A stretch of DNA of 60,685 nt, counting the filler, from Sphacelaria rigidula (lineage: Eukaryota): the NCBI GenBank assembly GCA_964200075.2. It is 6 parts of 6 records of this genome, joined end to end, with 100 filler letters (N's around TTAATTAATTAA, not from the genome) between each part and the next. Parts side by side here need not be neighbours in the genome. Positions count along the whole stretch, not along the records: positions 40,527 to 50,556 come from CAXNAA020007293.1; positions 50,657 to 60,685 come from CAXNAA020007294.1; 4 more parts are not named here. One strand, 5' to 3'. Made by a program: the position numbers and the translations under genes. The notes beneath the pieces were generated by a model, which ran no database searches, was not told the origin of the DNA, and saw only the letters and a program-made list of their open reading frames with translations. This document shows, piece after piece, positions 49,506 to 60,600 of this stretch. Within the stretch, counting starts at the first letter, position 1, and each line of letters starts with the position of its first letter.

Positions 49506-50556
49506 CATAATACCTTTTCGTAGGCGGGGAGGGGGGCTGTCGCGGCATCTTGCTTACACGGGTTATGAAAACAATTTTGGCCTTGACAAAACGGCTGGTA
49601 GCAAGTGCTGCTTGCACGTGAAAGGACTTTCGGCCGGGTGTCGTCTAGCATGAGCTATTTGCGATCGCGTCTCGCGGCGGGGGCGAACCAGAGAATGACT
49701 ATCGGGCTTCTTTTTGTTTTGTCCTTGCAGGAAGGAGGAAAGCTGACCCTACACTTACCCCGAGAGCGGCTTCGTGTGCCGATCACTCAAAGGCTCCGCT
49801 AGACTGCCTCGCGGTAATCATGTGGGGTAGGGGCCATTCGCAAAAGGCAGTGTGGGGGTCCGACCCACTGAACCCCCCTGTCAAGTTGGCGCAGTGCACG
49901 GGCCGACGCAGTCTCGAGAGCTTCGACCCTAGAATTACTTTCGGGCTTCGTGCAAATGTCGATGTTCGGCGTTGGTGTTTCCCACAGAAACGTTCATCGC
50001 CAATGAATTTGTGCGCTGTAGCGGGTGGAATCGAATCGGGGTTCAGTGAGGACTTACAGTGCTATTGTATTACTGTAGTGATAATCTAGTCGTACTATTA
50101 CACGTATATTTTCGTACGTTGGTGATACAGTAATATGCTTGATCGGGTGTGTTGCCTTCGTCGTGTTTGTCTTGCTTCTCTGGGGAGTGGTGAATGGGTT
50201 AAACCCTAACCTTTATCGCCTCTGTTGTGATAGCTGTTTGATTTATGGATATGGATAGTATGCTCATTGCACCCTGTGACCGAAGGTTTGAGAGATCGAG
50301 CTGATGTGGCGGATATGTAATAATGACGGTGATGGTGATGGTGATGGTGATGATGACAACTGCCGGCGCAACACTACAGCAGTCAGGTATATATGTCCAA
50401 GATTACGTGTGAACGCTCCCGTGCAAGCGGGTCAATTAGACCTACTCTTAAAACAGTACACTTCACGAAACCCTTCAGCTCTACTTCACCCTGCGACATT
50501 CTTCATTTTCGAAAGCTTGATGAGATAGTGCAATGTTTTCACGTCGTCGTTCACGT

Positions 50557-50656
50557 NNNNNNNNNNNNNNNNNNNNNNNNNNNNNNNNNNNNNNNNNNNN
50601 TTAATTAATTAANNNNNNNNNNNNNNNNNNNNNNNNNNNNNNNNNNNNNNNNNNNN
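50557..50656. other. Artificial contig linker
   Basis: 100 nt N/TTAATTAATTAA/N. Confidence 0.97.
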
Positions 50657-53600
50657 CACCACATCCTGACGTACGTGCATCGAGGCGGAAGAGAACCGCG
50701 ACGAATAAGCCGGAGGTTGACAGCGTATGGGGAGCGTGGCATGAACAACAGCAGGCGGCGTTGCAGCATAGAAACGGCGTAAGGAAGGATCAGCTGATGA
50801 CAATACAATCACCCGAGGAAGTGCCGATGTCCGTATCCCCATGCAACTCAAGACGGGGTTCTACTTGGGGCTCACCGAGGGAGGTTTCCACGCCGTCGGG
50901 ACACCGTAGCAAGCGGCCAGGCTCACCATACGCCTCGCGACCAAATCGTGCAGGTGCGCCGGCGTCAAAATCGAAGCGGAAAAAGAAGAAGGCTACACGT
51001 GCTGCCACCACTGGTGTCGGCCACTGCAGAGTTGAAGGTGTCGGCAGCTCATCTTGCGCGGGTTCGCTCAGGCCGCGACTGAGGGCGGTTATCCAGCAGT
51101 GGAAAGCTACCATGTCGACAAGGTGCATACCGAATGGACCGACGCCGGGACCGAGCTATTAGTAGTTGCCCACGACGACCCTGATGCCGTGGGAATCATC
51201 AAGGCCCATGAACAGCGAGGGCGGACAGAAAAAATGCGAAAGGATCAGATGAAATTCCGTCCCACATCGACCAAGCCCCTGCCCCGCGGGTCAGGCTCCC
51301 AGAGCTGGCTGCGGGAAAACAGACGAGGAACTATCTGGCTAGCGGTGTATTCGAGCGAGTATTGGTCGAAAATCACTATGGACCCTTGATAGTGACGTAC
51401 GGTAGTGAAATACCGCCCGCCCGAAGCGGCTCCACGCCAACGCTCCCGGTGGAAGAAATGGCAGTGGTGTTGGCGGCGGTGGCGGCGGTGGCGGCGGCGG
51501 TGGAAGAAGCGGTGGTGGCGGTGGCGGCGGAAGAAGTGGCGGTGGCGGCGGCGGCGGAAGAAGAGACGCTGGCGACGGCGGCGGCGGTGTTATCGGGCGA
51601 AGCAGGGGCCGCGACACCGGCGGCGATTATGGCATACGCGGTGGGACGCGCCGATGCTCTTGGACGCACAGAGGGGGGTGGGGCCCGGCAGTGGGATGCG
51701 ACAGTGGTGATGGGCGAGCTGCCGGGGGGGGCGGTGGACACGGAAACGGCGGTAGAGGCGTCGAGTGCGGCTGGTTACGGCGATAGTGTTTCGATGGGGG
51801 CCAGCGGGTGCAATTCAGCGGCGGCATCGGTCGGGGGGGGGGGGGGGACGGCGGTGCCGCGGGTGGCGGCAGCCGCGGCCGGCGGAGGTGTCGATTGCAG
51901 CGATCTGGCAAGGGCGCCCCCGCGGACATATCTTGAGGTGGTGACAGGTAGGGGAACAGGTGAGGCGGCGGCGGCGCCGAGGAGGGCGCCACGCGCTGGT
52001 GTCGGCGCCGACGGGGGGGTCTGGACGACTCCACCTTCGTCTCTCGCGGCGTCATCAGAGAGCGGGAGCGTGAACACAGCGGCGGCAGTAGAATCATATT
52101 CACCACGTGCGGGGGGGGGGCACCGTTCAATTGGTGACTTACAACCCCATCTGTTGTGGTGGCGTGATGGCAAGGGGCCTGACCGGAGCATCCGTAGCGC
52201 AGTCGGACCCGGCATAGGTGAGGGGGAGATGTCCGCAGTGCACTTCATCATTCACTCCGGGACGTTATTTCAGAAGCGTTTGAAGAAATGGCTCGTGACT
52301 TCCACTGATACTGATCAGTGGGTACTTGTCCTGTTGGCCATGTCCTGCGGGCATATCGAGCCACAAGGCTCCAACGCGGTGCAGGTAACTGTCAAGCGCA
52401 TTGTGAACGGAGGCCCCCGGTACATACTGGTGAACAGGGTGTACCGCGCCATCGTGACTCTGATGGACGGGAGCGAAAGTGCGTGGCCTCCCGACGGACT
52501 GTATGATTGGCTGACGCATCCTGTAAAGGTGGCGCTGTTCGTTTTCACCTATCTATTGGCTGGCTGCGACTTCCTGCCGCGTGTATCCGGGATTCCCTTC
52601 CCCAAGATGTGGGAATTCGTTCTAAAGGCACTGAGGACGCCGAATCTGTTCACGAAAGCGATAGTGGTGATCGACGAGGGTAAGGCAAGGGTGGAGGTTC
52701 ACGAGGGGGTCAAGCTACTGGCCACGATCTTTTTCTTCAGGTACGAAAACGCATTTGCGCAAGTCGCGGCGGATCCTGGACATCTCTTCACCACGACCGG
52801 GCAGAATCTGGAGTCTTTCGTGGACAAGATTCGTCTGTGTATCACCATCGTACATGGGCACATGCCTTCCCGGTGCTGCCCGGACTTGGACGCCTGCCAG
52901 AATCATGTGGACAAGGCCGACGCAGTATTGGAATACTAGGGGGGGGCTTTGGAATGAGCATGCCCGCAGTGAACTTCAACGGGCGCGAACGGGGCGTTGA
53001 ACCAGAACAAAAGACTCACCACAAGGGTGGGGTAAAGGCCGCGAGCAGAGGAGCGGTGGAGCTTACATGGGACAACATAGTTGTATACTTGTTAAGCCAC
53101 ACGTATGTCGATACACGCGGGATTGTGCGAACCCTGAGATGCGCGTGTAAGCCGGGAAGGGCGGCGCAAAGACGTCACCGGTGCCGAGATTGCAGATGTT
53201 TGGGGAATTGTACGTTGAGGTGCGGTTGCCAGGGCCGCTGCTTTTTGCCGCCACCCCTGACCCAGCGGCCGACGCTACTGCTACAGGCGATTCCGCCGGA
53301 GGAAATGTCGATACGTCCCGCCGACATCATAAGAGGAGGGGCGGGCCCATGGCGAACCGTGGAAGGGGCGGGTCAGCGGCGTTGCGTGGCGGGGGGCAGG
53401 GGAGTGGAGCGAGGAAGGCCCCGGGGGCAGGTGTTGATAGTAGTCGTGGTGAGGAGTGCTGCCCACGAGATGGAGAAAGGATGGCGAGGGTAGCGGGAGG
53501 GAAATCGGATCCGGGACCAGATCCTAGTAGTCACAGTTGTTGCGACGGCGGTCTAGATGGTCCGCCAGAGGTCGAATCGAAGCATTCAGCCGGGATCTGG

Positions 53601-53693
53601 CTTGGAGATTCAGATTCCGAATGTAGCGACTCAGAGGAAGAGGATTCGGCATCGGAATCGGGCAAAGACGACGGCGACGAATTCGCGTTTTGA
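50657..53693 (+). pseudogene. Disrupted intronless ORF: XPG/FEN1/XRN-like 5'-nuclease + Cys-rich finger + acidic tail; C-terminal part of an Academ(X)-like transposon protein
   Basis: Collinear motifs LLVVAHDDPDAVGIIKAHEQRGR (51054-51389); GEGE, STDTD, LLAGCDFLP and CPDLDACQNHVDKADAVLEY* (51362-52939); CAC..CRDCRC..CTLRCGCQGRC (~53140-53242); D/E/S tail ending at 53693. Frameshifts near 51350, 52940 and ~53250; TAG at 52937. Confidence 0.7.
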
Positions 53694-56289
53694 TTGCACC
53701 CGTATCGAAAGTCGTAGACATGCTTCTTGCAGATGAGTTGCGTAGGTATATAAGTACCGTGGAACTTGTCTTCAGCGAACGGAAATTATAACCCGTGCGT
53801 AGGGTTGATGGGGACGTTTTAGAGTGCCTGGTGCAGTGCGCCCTTGTGTGCAGACGTCTACGGCGGATCGTCCGGCGACACCCTTGGGCGAATCGCCGGT
53901 TGTATGTCAAGATAACGCGTGATACTATAATAGTGGAACGAACAACTAATAAAGCGACAATGATGATGGAGACGTGGTGTTGCAGAGAACCTTATGGAAT
54001 ACTGGGCCACACGACCACCACACGGGCACGGACTCCAGTCGCGAGGCGGCGTTCATAGCGCTTTGCACAGCGGGCGAACCGCCACGAATATTTGGTGTGA
54101 TAACAACCGATCGTGAAAATTGAGGACAACGGTTTTCATTGACGATGATGAGTCGGTTTATTACAATCTTCATATATGTGGACCATGTTTTCTTTTAACA
54201 TGCCTGCATTCCTTCACGTACCGATAGCTATCACCAATTTCTGCATGCCATTCAAGATTGAAATCCCATAAACGAAGTTCTGGGGTCCGATGTGCATATG
54301 TTCTGTGGTCGTGGTGGGGGGGGGGCGGGTAGCGGGTACGGGGTAAAGATGGAACACGTAATCCATTCTCGATGTCGCAGAGCAGTGGTTCCAGGTGCTG
54401 CACGCTGGAGGAACATCAGATTATGTTTTCCGTCCCTAACCGTTAGGTATCGCCCACCAAACTTCGATGTGACTATGTGTCCTTCGAAGCAAACCCTCAA
54501 GCAGTTTCCGTGGTATCTCTCTTTTGTTTCCGACAGCTTACAGTATCACTGGACGACACAAGGAATCGGCAGACCGTGAGTGTTCTTTTTCTTCCATCTT
54601 TTTCATTTTTCTCCTTTTTTTTCTCTGACCACGAGCTGGAGTGTTGCAATCAGCTACGTAATGCGCGATCATCATATTTTTGTGTTGCTCGTGCTTGAGT
54701 TGGTGTATGTATTTGTTCGTCGTTATTTTGTTGTTGTTCTTGTTGATTGGTGGTGGTGGTGGTGGTGGTGGTGTTTTTTTGTTGGTTATCACTGCCCCCT
54801 TTCTTTCCTTGCTGAGGCTGTTCCTCCTGTCTTTTTCTGGTCCTTTCTTTCTTCTTTGTTCTTATTATTCTGTTCTTTTTCTGCTGCTCCTGACCACGGG
54901 CCGGATTGTAGCAAGCAGCTAATGTGAGATGATCGATCAATCAAGTGTGCATTTACACCTTGCGCGGCGATCCCGTAAGCACGCTTCATGCGCCGCCCCA
55001 GCGACAATGACAACCACATCTCTGGAACATCTTCCCCACTGGTGGGCAATGTTAATTGTTGTATGTATGCTTGCGGGAGAAGATATTCCCCACGCTGTAA
55101 ACCAAATGGACGCGGCGCAATTACTACCTGCTCAATGTGGATATCACATGTGACCCGATGGGTTTTCACGCCGCACCTCACATGTTATAACACCCGCCAC
55201 CGAGATGGCAATATCTCGACGCACACGGCAATTATCGACACAAATCGAAATGCTCTGTGTAGAAAACACGCGTACCTATCAGTCCTCCACTTCTTGGCAG
55301 CCAACGCCCTTGTCAAGAAATTGGAAGTTGGGGTGAAGTGAAGATCATCAACTTTAGATATTGCACTGTTTCGACACTCAATTGACGTCTGCCAGGGCTT
55401 GAGCGACAGCTGGTATCCAGTAGTACTTGCCTGTAGAGTTTCGGCTTCGTGACGTCCGTCAGCTGTGAGTAATCTTCTGATGCGTAAAGGACAGATATGT
55501 TAGAAAATGACTTTCTCGCTTGTACAAAAAAGCAGTACTTTTTAAAGGGATACCCACCGCTGGTTTGTGAGCTGTACTGGGTGAGATCGGGCCGGACTGG
55601 GATGAGAAGGTAGCTTCAGATACATACTACAGCCGTGTATTGCTTTAGTTGCTATATTACCTTCGTTACACTTCTCAGACTCCGTCGCGTCTTCATTTTG
55701 GGGATGGTGGTGGGAAACGTGACACTAACCCCCGGCGAAACACTGTACTACGCCTTGGTGTATTTTGGCTACAGGGTACAATAACTTACGGTAATAGAAA
55801 AGCTGGATCAGGGAAGAGTGGTGTGGTCACGTTAGATGAAGGAGACAAGAACAAAAGTGTAATAGTCAGTTACACGTGCACAGAAGGGACATGCCCCTAC
55901 GGACGGCTTGCATTGCGGGGCTTGGAAAACGTAGGGGGTGGGGTGGGGGGTATCCGCACGTCGGCTTGGTTTGTGTGGAGGCTGGTGCGATTGCGCTCAG
56001 TGCAATCTCCAGGTGGGAGCCAACGGTGGGATACGTGAGGAGTCACACTGTTTTTGAATGGGTCATTCATGAGGTTTCCCCCCCCCCCCCCCCCCCGGGC
56101 GGGGGGGGGGGGGGGGGGGAGAACAAAGTGTGACAAAATTCAAAAACAGATTGAAAACGATTTNNNNNNNGTGGGAAACGTGAGGAGTCACACTGTTTTT
56201 GAATGGGGCATTCATGAGGTTTCCCCCCCCCCCCCCTCCGGCCGTGGGTGGGGCGGGGTGGGAGTACAAAGTGTGACAAAATTCGAAAG

Positions 56290-56430
56290 CAGCTGCAAAA
56301 CGCGTTCTGCGCACGCGAGGAGCACACGAGACTGTCAGCTATACTAAAGATCCGATTCTCATTGTTCATACTCAAATCACGTAATATCAACCATGAATAT
56401 GTTTTAGCCAAATACTGGTAAACACTACCG
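56290..56430 (+). mobile_element. Right terminus of a CAG..CTG family element with no left end found nearby
   Basis: AAACGCGTTCTGCGCACGCGAGGAGCACACGAGACTGTCAGC..GATCCGATTCTC..TCAACCATGAATATG..GGTAAACACTACCG aligns with 46322-46452. Confidence 0.7.
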
Positions 56431-56869
56431 GGCAAATCACAACGCGTGTTACCCCTCGTATTTGCTATCTAAACTCACCCAAATAGCACATCAACCACAC
56501 CCTCCCTGTCCGAAAATAACCCCCAGATCTACCCGCACCCGCACCGACCGCCCACACCACCAAACGACACACAACCTGCCCCAACATGGATGAACACATC
56601 ACTCCCCCACCTTACCTCTTACCATTCAAGTTAGTTGACGTTGCCGGCCGTCTCTCCCGCGCTGACTTTGTCGAAACAAAACACGGTACCTTTACCAACC
56701 TGTCACCGTACCTTCCCGCGCCTCTTCTGTCGAATTCCAGTTGATTGGTGTGCACCTTACAAAATACTTTCGCACCTTACAAGATACTTTCGTTTCTTTT
56801 GTTATAACACAGTCGTTGGTTGTGCAATCAGAATAGTAGCGCCTAGGGAACTAAAACGCATGAGGATAG

Positions 56870-56929
56870 GAGGTTAGTACACCACTTGGGAGGGTGATCA
56901 TACTCCCAAGTGGTGAACTATCCTGACTG
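56870..56929. mobile_element. 60-bp TIR-only mini element
   Basis: AGGTTAGTACACCACTTGGGAG-(10 nt)-CTCCCAAGTGGTGAACTATCCT, flanked by the direct repeat GAGGATAG (56862-56869 and 56930-56937). Confidence 0.75.
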
Positions 56930-57101
56930 GAGGATAGCATCATGACTTTTCATTTTGTATCACACGTCTGTGTGAATTTTCCTGGGCCTCATCTTGCTTT
57001 TGTATCGATCTCGTACCTTACTTTTTGGGTAGTCAGTCCGTGACCACGGACAGCCTCTGCATCATATTTTTTTTACATGGGAGGAGGGGGGGAGGGAAGT
57101 C

Positions 57102-57790
57102 GGACAACGCATTTTATGAGCCCCGATTTCGACTAAATCGAGGAAGAAAAATCGAGGTGTCACGATCGTCATCGGGGGAAATCGTTTAGAAAAAAAACGA
57201 GGGGAAACCGTTTTCGAAAGAAATCGGGGAAATCGTTTCCGAAATAACCGGGGGAAATCGTTCCGAAATCGTGATTCCCCCCGATTTTTTAGGAGGTGGC
57301 ATACGTGCATTGACGTGCAGTGGTAGGGTACGAGGCGTTTGATATTTTTGCAACCGCAGCAGGAGACAGTCTTGTGACAGCGCAGGGCATGCCTGCCCGC
57401 GCCAGCTGCTGAGGCAGCTTCGGACGGAGTTGGACAAGCGGGTAATAAGTGTTGACGCTGTACCCTGCGGCGATGATGGTGATATTTCATGCTGCACTGC
57501 GCTGCCATATATGCATCACCATGACGAACGGACACTGTACTACAAGGATTATTCACCGCGTACCTGCTCTTTCTTCGGCTTCATGCACGAGTACGCGATA
57601 CCAAACCCATGCAGAAGATTACTGCCTGTGTACAGAACTATTTCACATATCTGTGGTACTGTACTGCAGTACGTCTGTACAATGAAGCGGTTTTACGATT
57701 TCGAGATCGCGACTTTGATTCCTCCCGATTTTGAAGAAATCGGGATCTCAAAAAAGTCGAGATAAGTTGCCATAAAAGATGATGATCCAT
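57102..57790. mobile_element. Possible non-autonomous DNA transposon with GAAATCG subterminal repeats
   Basis: Clusters of GGGAAATCG / CGATTT at 57120-57290 and 57690-57760; the TIR match is weak. Confidence 0.35.
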
Positions 57791-58954
57791 GAGCCCAAAA
57801 GTTAATACAATAGATGATGAGGACCGCGTCGTAGTTCAAAACATCTCAGGATCGACGTTTTTCAAAACCAACCGGGCCAGCACCTAAAGGGACCACGCTC
57901 CTGATCATAACCCCAACATTAACCCTGATAATCCTTACCCTAACCCTAACCATAGAAATGTGTAAACTCCGATGCGGTCCCCCAAGTACGCAGTCTCCCC
58001 ACGTATTACAGTAGGATCACAATCAGCACAAAAAATATCACCGCAGCAGAAGAACGACCACCGGAAGAATCGCAGAAAATGATTTCAGATCTACTGGAGT
58101 CGAGTCCCGCACATCCACCCAAACCCCCTGGAGCCGAATAACCGGGAAAACTCCCTGTTTCTTTTTTGTCCAGTTTTGGGCAAGGGGCAAAGATTAAAGA
58201 TTAAAGATTATGACACAAAGCCTTCATGCCATAACCTTCGGTTAGGCTGTAGGGGTCAGCGAACTCGTTGCATCATCGTTTTGATTTCTTCCACCGTAGT
58301 CCCACTTTTTGTTGACCAACAGCGACCTCGAGGACTCCGGTGAGCGTGTGGGACTAGCATAGCGCAATATTGAGTATAGATGCTGAGACAAGATAATCAC
58401 ATCATTCAGCATAACTCGGGAATGCTAGCTCAGATGCATGCAACACCCCTCCCGATTCGCGAACCCTCTCGAGACAACACAGCATTGTGAAGTGCTCCAG
58501 TACTGCTGATGAACCCATTGTCTCGTCTCCCCCTTCTTTACCAATAGTATACGTCCTCGGCCTCTTGATCAGTACTAAGCAGACCCGCGCGTGGCCTAAA
58601 AGGCAACCGCCAGCTGCGTGCGGTAGAACCAGAGTCTAGTAGAGTTGAGCTCAAGTCTTCAGTGAGTGACGCACTCGATGCGCTTTTACGGAGGCATGTC
58701 TGGTGTGTAGAACGAAAAATGCCATGCAATGAACTCCTCTGTCTCGGCGCAAGATGCAGAAATAGTCATGAGCCTGGAGAACCTTTGCAGTTCGAGATGA
58801 TGCCGACTGAGAGTCTCGCGCTTTCAGTACAAAACAGACAGTGCCTGACCTCACCGAGTGTCTTCAGCATAAAGGCATTGATGAACGACTGACCGATTGT
58901 TTGCTGATGCTGATGCTGATGCTGATCGCCGATGGATCACTGTACTGTACTGTT

Positions 58955-59299
58955 GTGTGTGTTGTCGTCCAGTCTATTCTGGACGCCGGTCGACACCTTT
59001 CGGTGTGGGGACACCCGACGGGGTCACACGTACAGGAGGAAGGTCAGCACAGGAGTTGTTTTTGTTCGTTCAAGTCTCCACCTCCCTTCTGTGGTGCTCG
59101 CGTTTGTGTTTTTATCGCGAGATATTCAGCACTCCCTTTCCCTCGTCGACCGTTGAGTCGAAATTTTGGCACCCACAATACGATCGCTCTCCATTGTTGG
59201 CCATTGTGTGAGAAAAAATCCCAGATCGCACCGAGATTCGAACCCGCGACCCAATCGCCAGAAGGTGTCGAAGTCACCAACTTAGCCACCGGTGCGACG
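58955..59299 (-). mobile_element. tRNA-derived SINE, family A
   Basis: Head GTCGCACCGGTGGCTAAGTTGG ... GGGTTCGAATC; body matches the other copies. Confidence 0.85.
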
Positions 59300-59742
59300 G
59301 GCATCTACTGTATGTGTGAATTGAGTATTGTCTGACAGGGTAGGGGCTAGGATGTTGTGCAGCTCTTGCCAGCAGTGCTCTCTGTCACCAGGGCAGGAGG
59401 AGAAAACAGAGAGAAGCTGTTAGGCTATTGGGACTATCGAAGAGAGTGAGGGACGGTGTAGGAGACAGGGACGGTGTAAGAGAGAGGGAGAGAGAGAGAG
59501 ATGAGCTTTTCCTGCATTTTCTTCACCATTCTGGTGGTGAATCTCAGTCAAGGAATCGTCCTGGGGTGTGTTATTGCACGTCATGATGGGAGAAATCGTT
59601 CAAGGGGGTGTCACCTCACATCACTGACGATACCTTCAATGTACCTGGTACAGTACAGTGCGTCCGATGTGACAATATTACTTGTTCCAAAACAAATTTC
59701 GATCTGTGCGGAAATCGGGAGAGGTCAGGTTGGGATTTTTTT

Positions 59743-60065
59743 CAGGTTAGTTCACCACTTGGGACGGGTGAGCAGCTCCGAAATTAATGATTTCCAGCAA
59801 CACTAATACTAATACTTACCGTAACCCCAACGAAAGCATGCCGAGAACCCTCGTGCAAGGGGGCTGCAGAGTGTCTCTTGGGCAAAGTGTGCGTTGTCAG
59901 ACCTCAAATCGGCGCTGTAGGCCCCGTTTAGACATGAACGCTTTCTGCGCACGGTAGTGGCACGCTAGGAACACAACCTCATCAAAGATCCGGATTTCGG
60001 GGTATAAACTAAAACCAAGGCGGACGAACTCGGAGCTACTTCGTCCCAAGTGGTGACCTACTCTG
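59743..60065. mobile_element. Non-autonomous TIR element, CAG..CTG family (323 bp)
   Basis: CAGGTTAGTTCACCACTTGGGACG ... CGTCCCAAGTGGTGACCTACTCTG. Flanks GATTTTTTT / GACTTTTCT suggest an 8-9-bp TSD. Confidence 0.8.
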
Positions 60066-60087
60066 GACTTTTCTTTTACGCACTTTG

Positions 60088-60361
60088 AACCCCCCCCGTT
60101 GCTCGGGACGAGTCCATCGTCTCAAGGGATCAACTAATCTCTCCCCGGTACACGCCTTGCATTTTGGTCTCGCGGATTGGGTCAGCACTCCCGCACTGCG
60201 CTTACTCACGTCGAACAAACTCAGTCGACTACTTTGTTTACTCACGTACTCACGCTTTCCACCGTGGAAATCACGTACTACGAAGAAAATACCCCACAAA
60301 TGGGGAATCGAACCCTCGTTCTCTTCACCCTAATGGCGGCCGCCGGACCACTACACCAACC
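60088..60361 (-). mobile_element. tRNA-derived SINE, family B
   Basis: Minus-strand head GGTTGGTGTAGTGG (A box) ... GGGTTCGATTCCC (B box). Its 3' body CTCGGGACGAGTCC..GGGATCA..TCCCCGGTACACGCCTTGCATT also occurs at ~45945-46050 and inverted at ~14960-15040. Confidence 0.7.
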
Positions 60362-60444
60362 ATTACACCAAGTAGTACTGGTTATTTTTTTTCCGCACAC
60401 GAATTTCCCCAATGTTGGCTACAGATCGAAGTTGAAGCTCCCCC

Positions 60445-60600
60445 CAGGAGAGCTAACCAGCGTTGTGCTACCCGATGTTCATGGTTGACATTACTTCGTT
60501 CGAATCTAAATATTGAGAATCGGATCTTTAGTGGGGCTGACAGTCCCGTGTAATCCTCGCGTATGCAGAACGCGTTTTCGTTCAATTAGGCGCTGATTTG
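60445..60600 (-). mobile_element. Partial CAG..CTG family element (right end, inverted)
   Basis: CAGGAGAGCTAACCAGCGTTGTGCTAC..ATGTTCATGGTTGA..GAGAATCGGATCTTT..GCTGACAGTCCCGTG..GCAGAACGCGTTTT. Confidence 0.75.

Noticed and set aside
56026-56295. Tandem duplication of ~135 bp
   Set aside because: The two copies flank a short N gap and long C/G runs, so a scaffolding or haplotype artefact cannot be excluded.
57915-57952. Telomeric (CCCTAA)n
   Set aside because: Only about two perfect units, internal to a contig.
59748-60060. TAG..CTA termini as direct proof of canonical Academ ends
   Set aside because: Comparison of five copies shows the inverted repeat extends outward to CAG..CTG, with 8-9-bp flanking repeats, so the TAG is internal.
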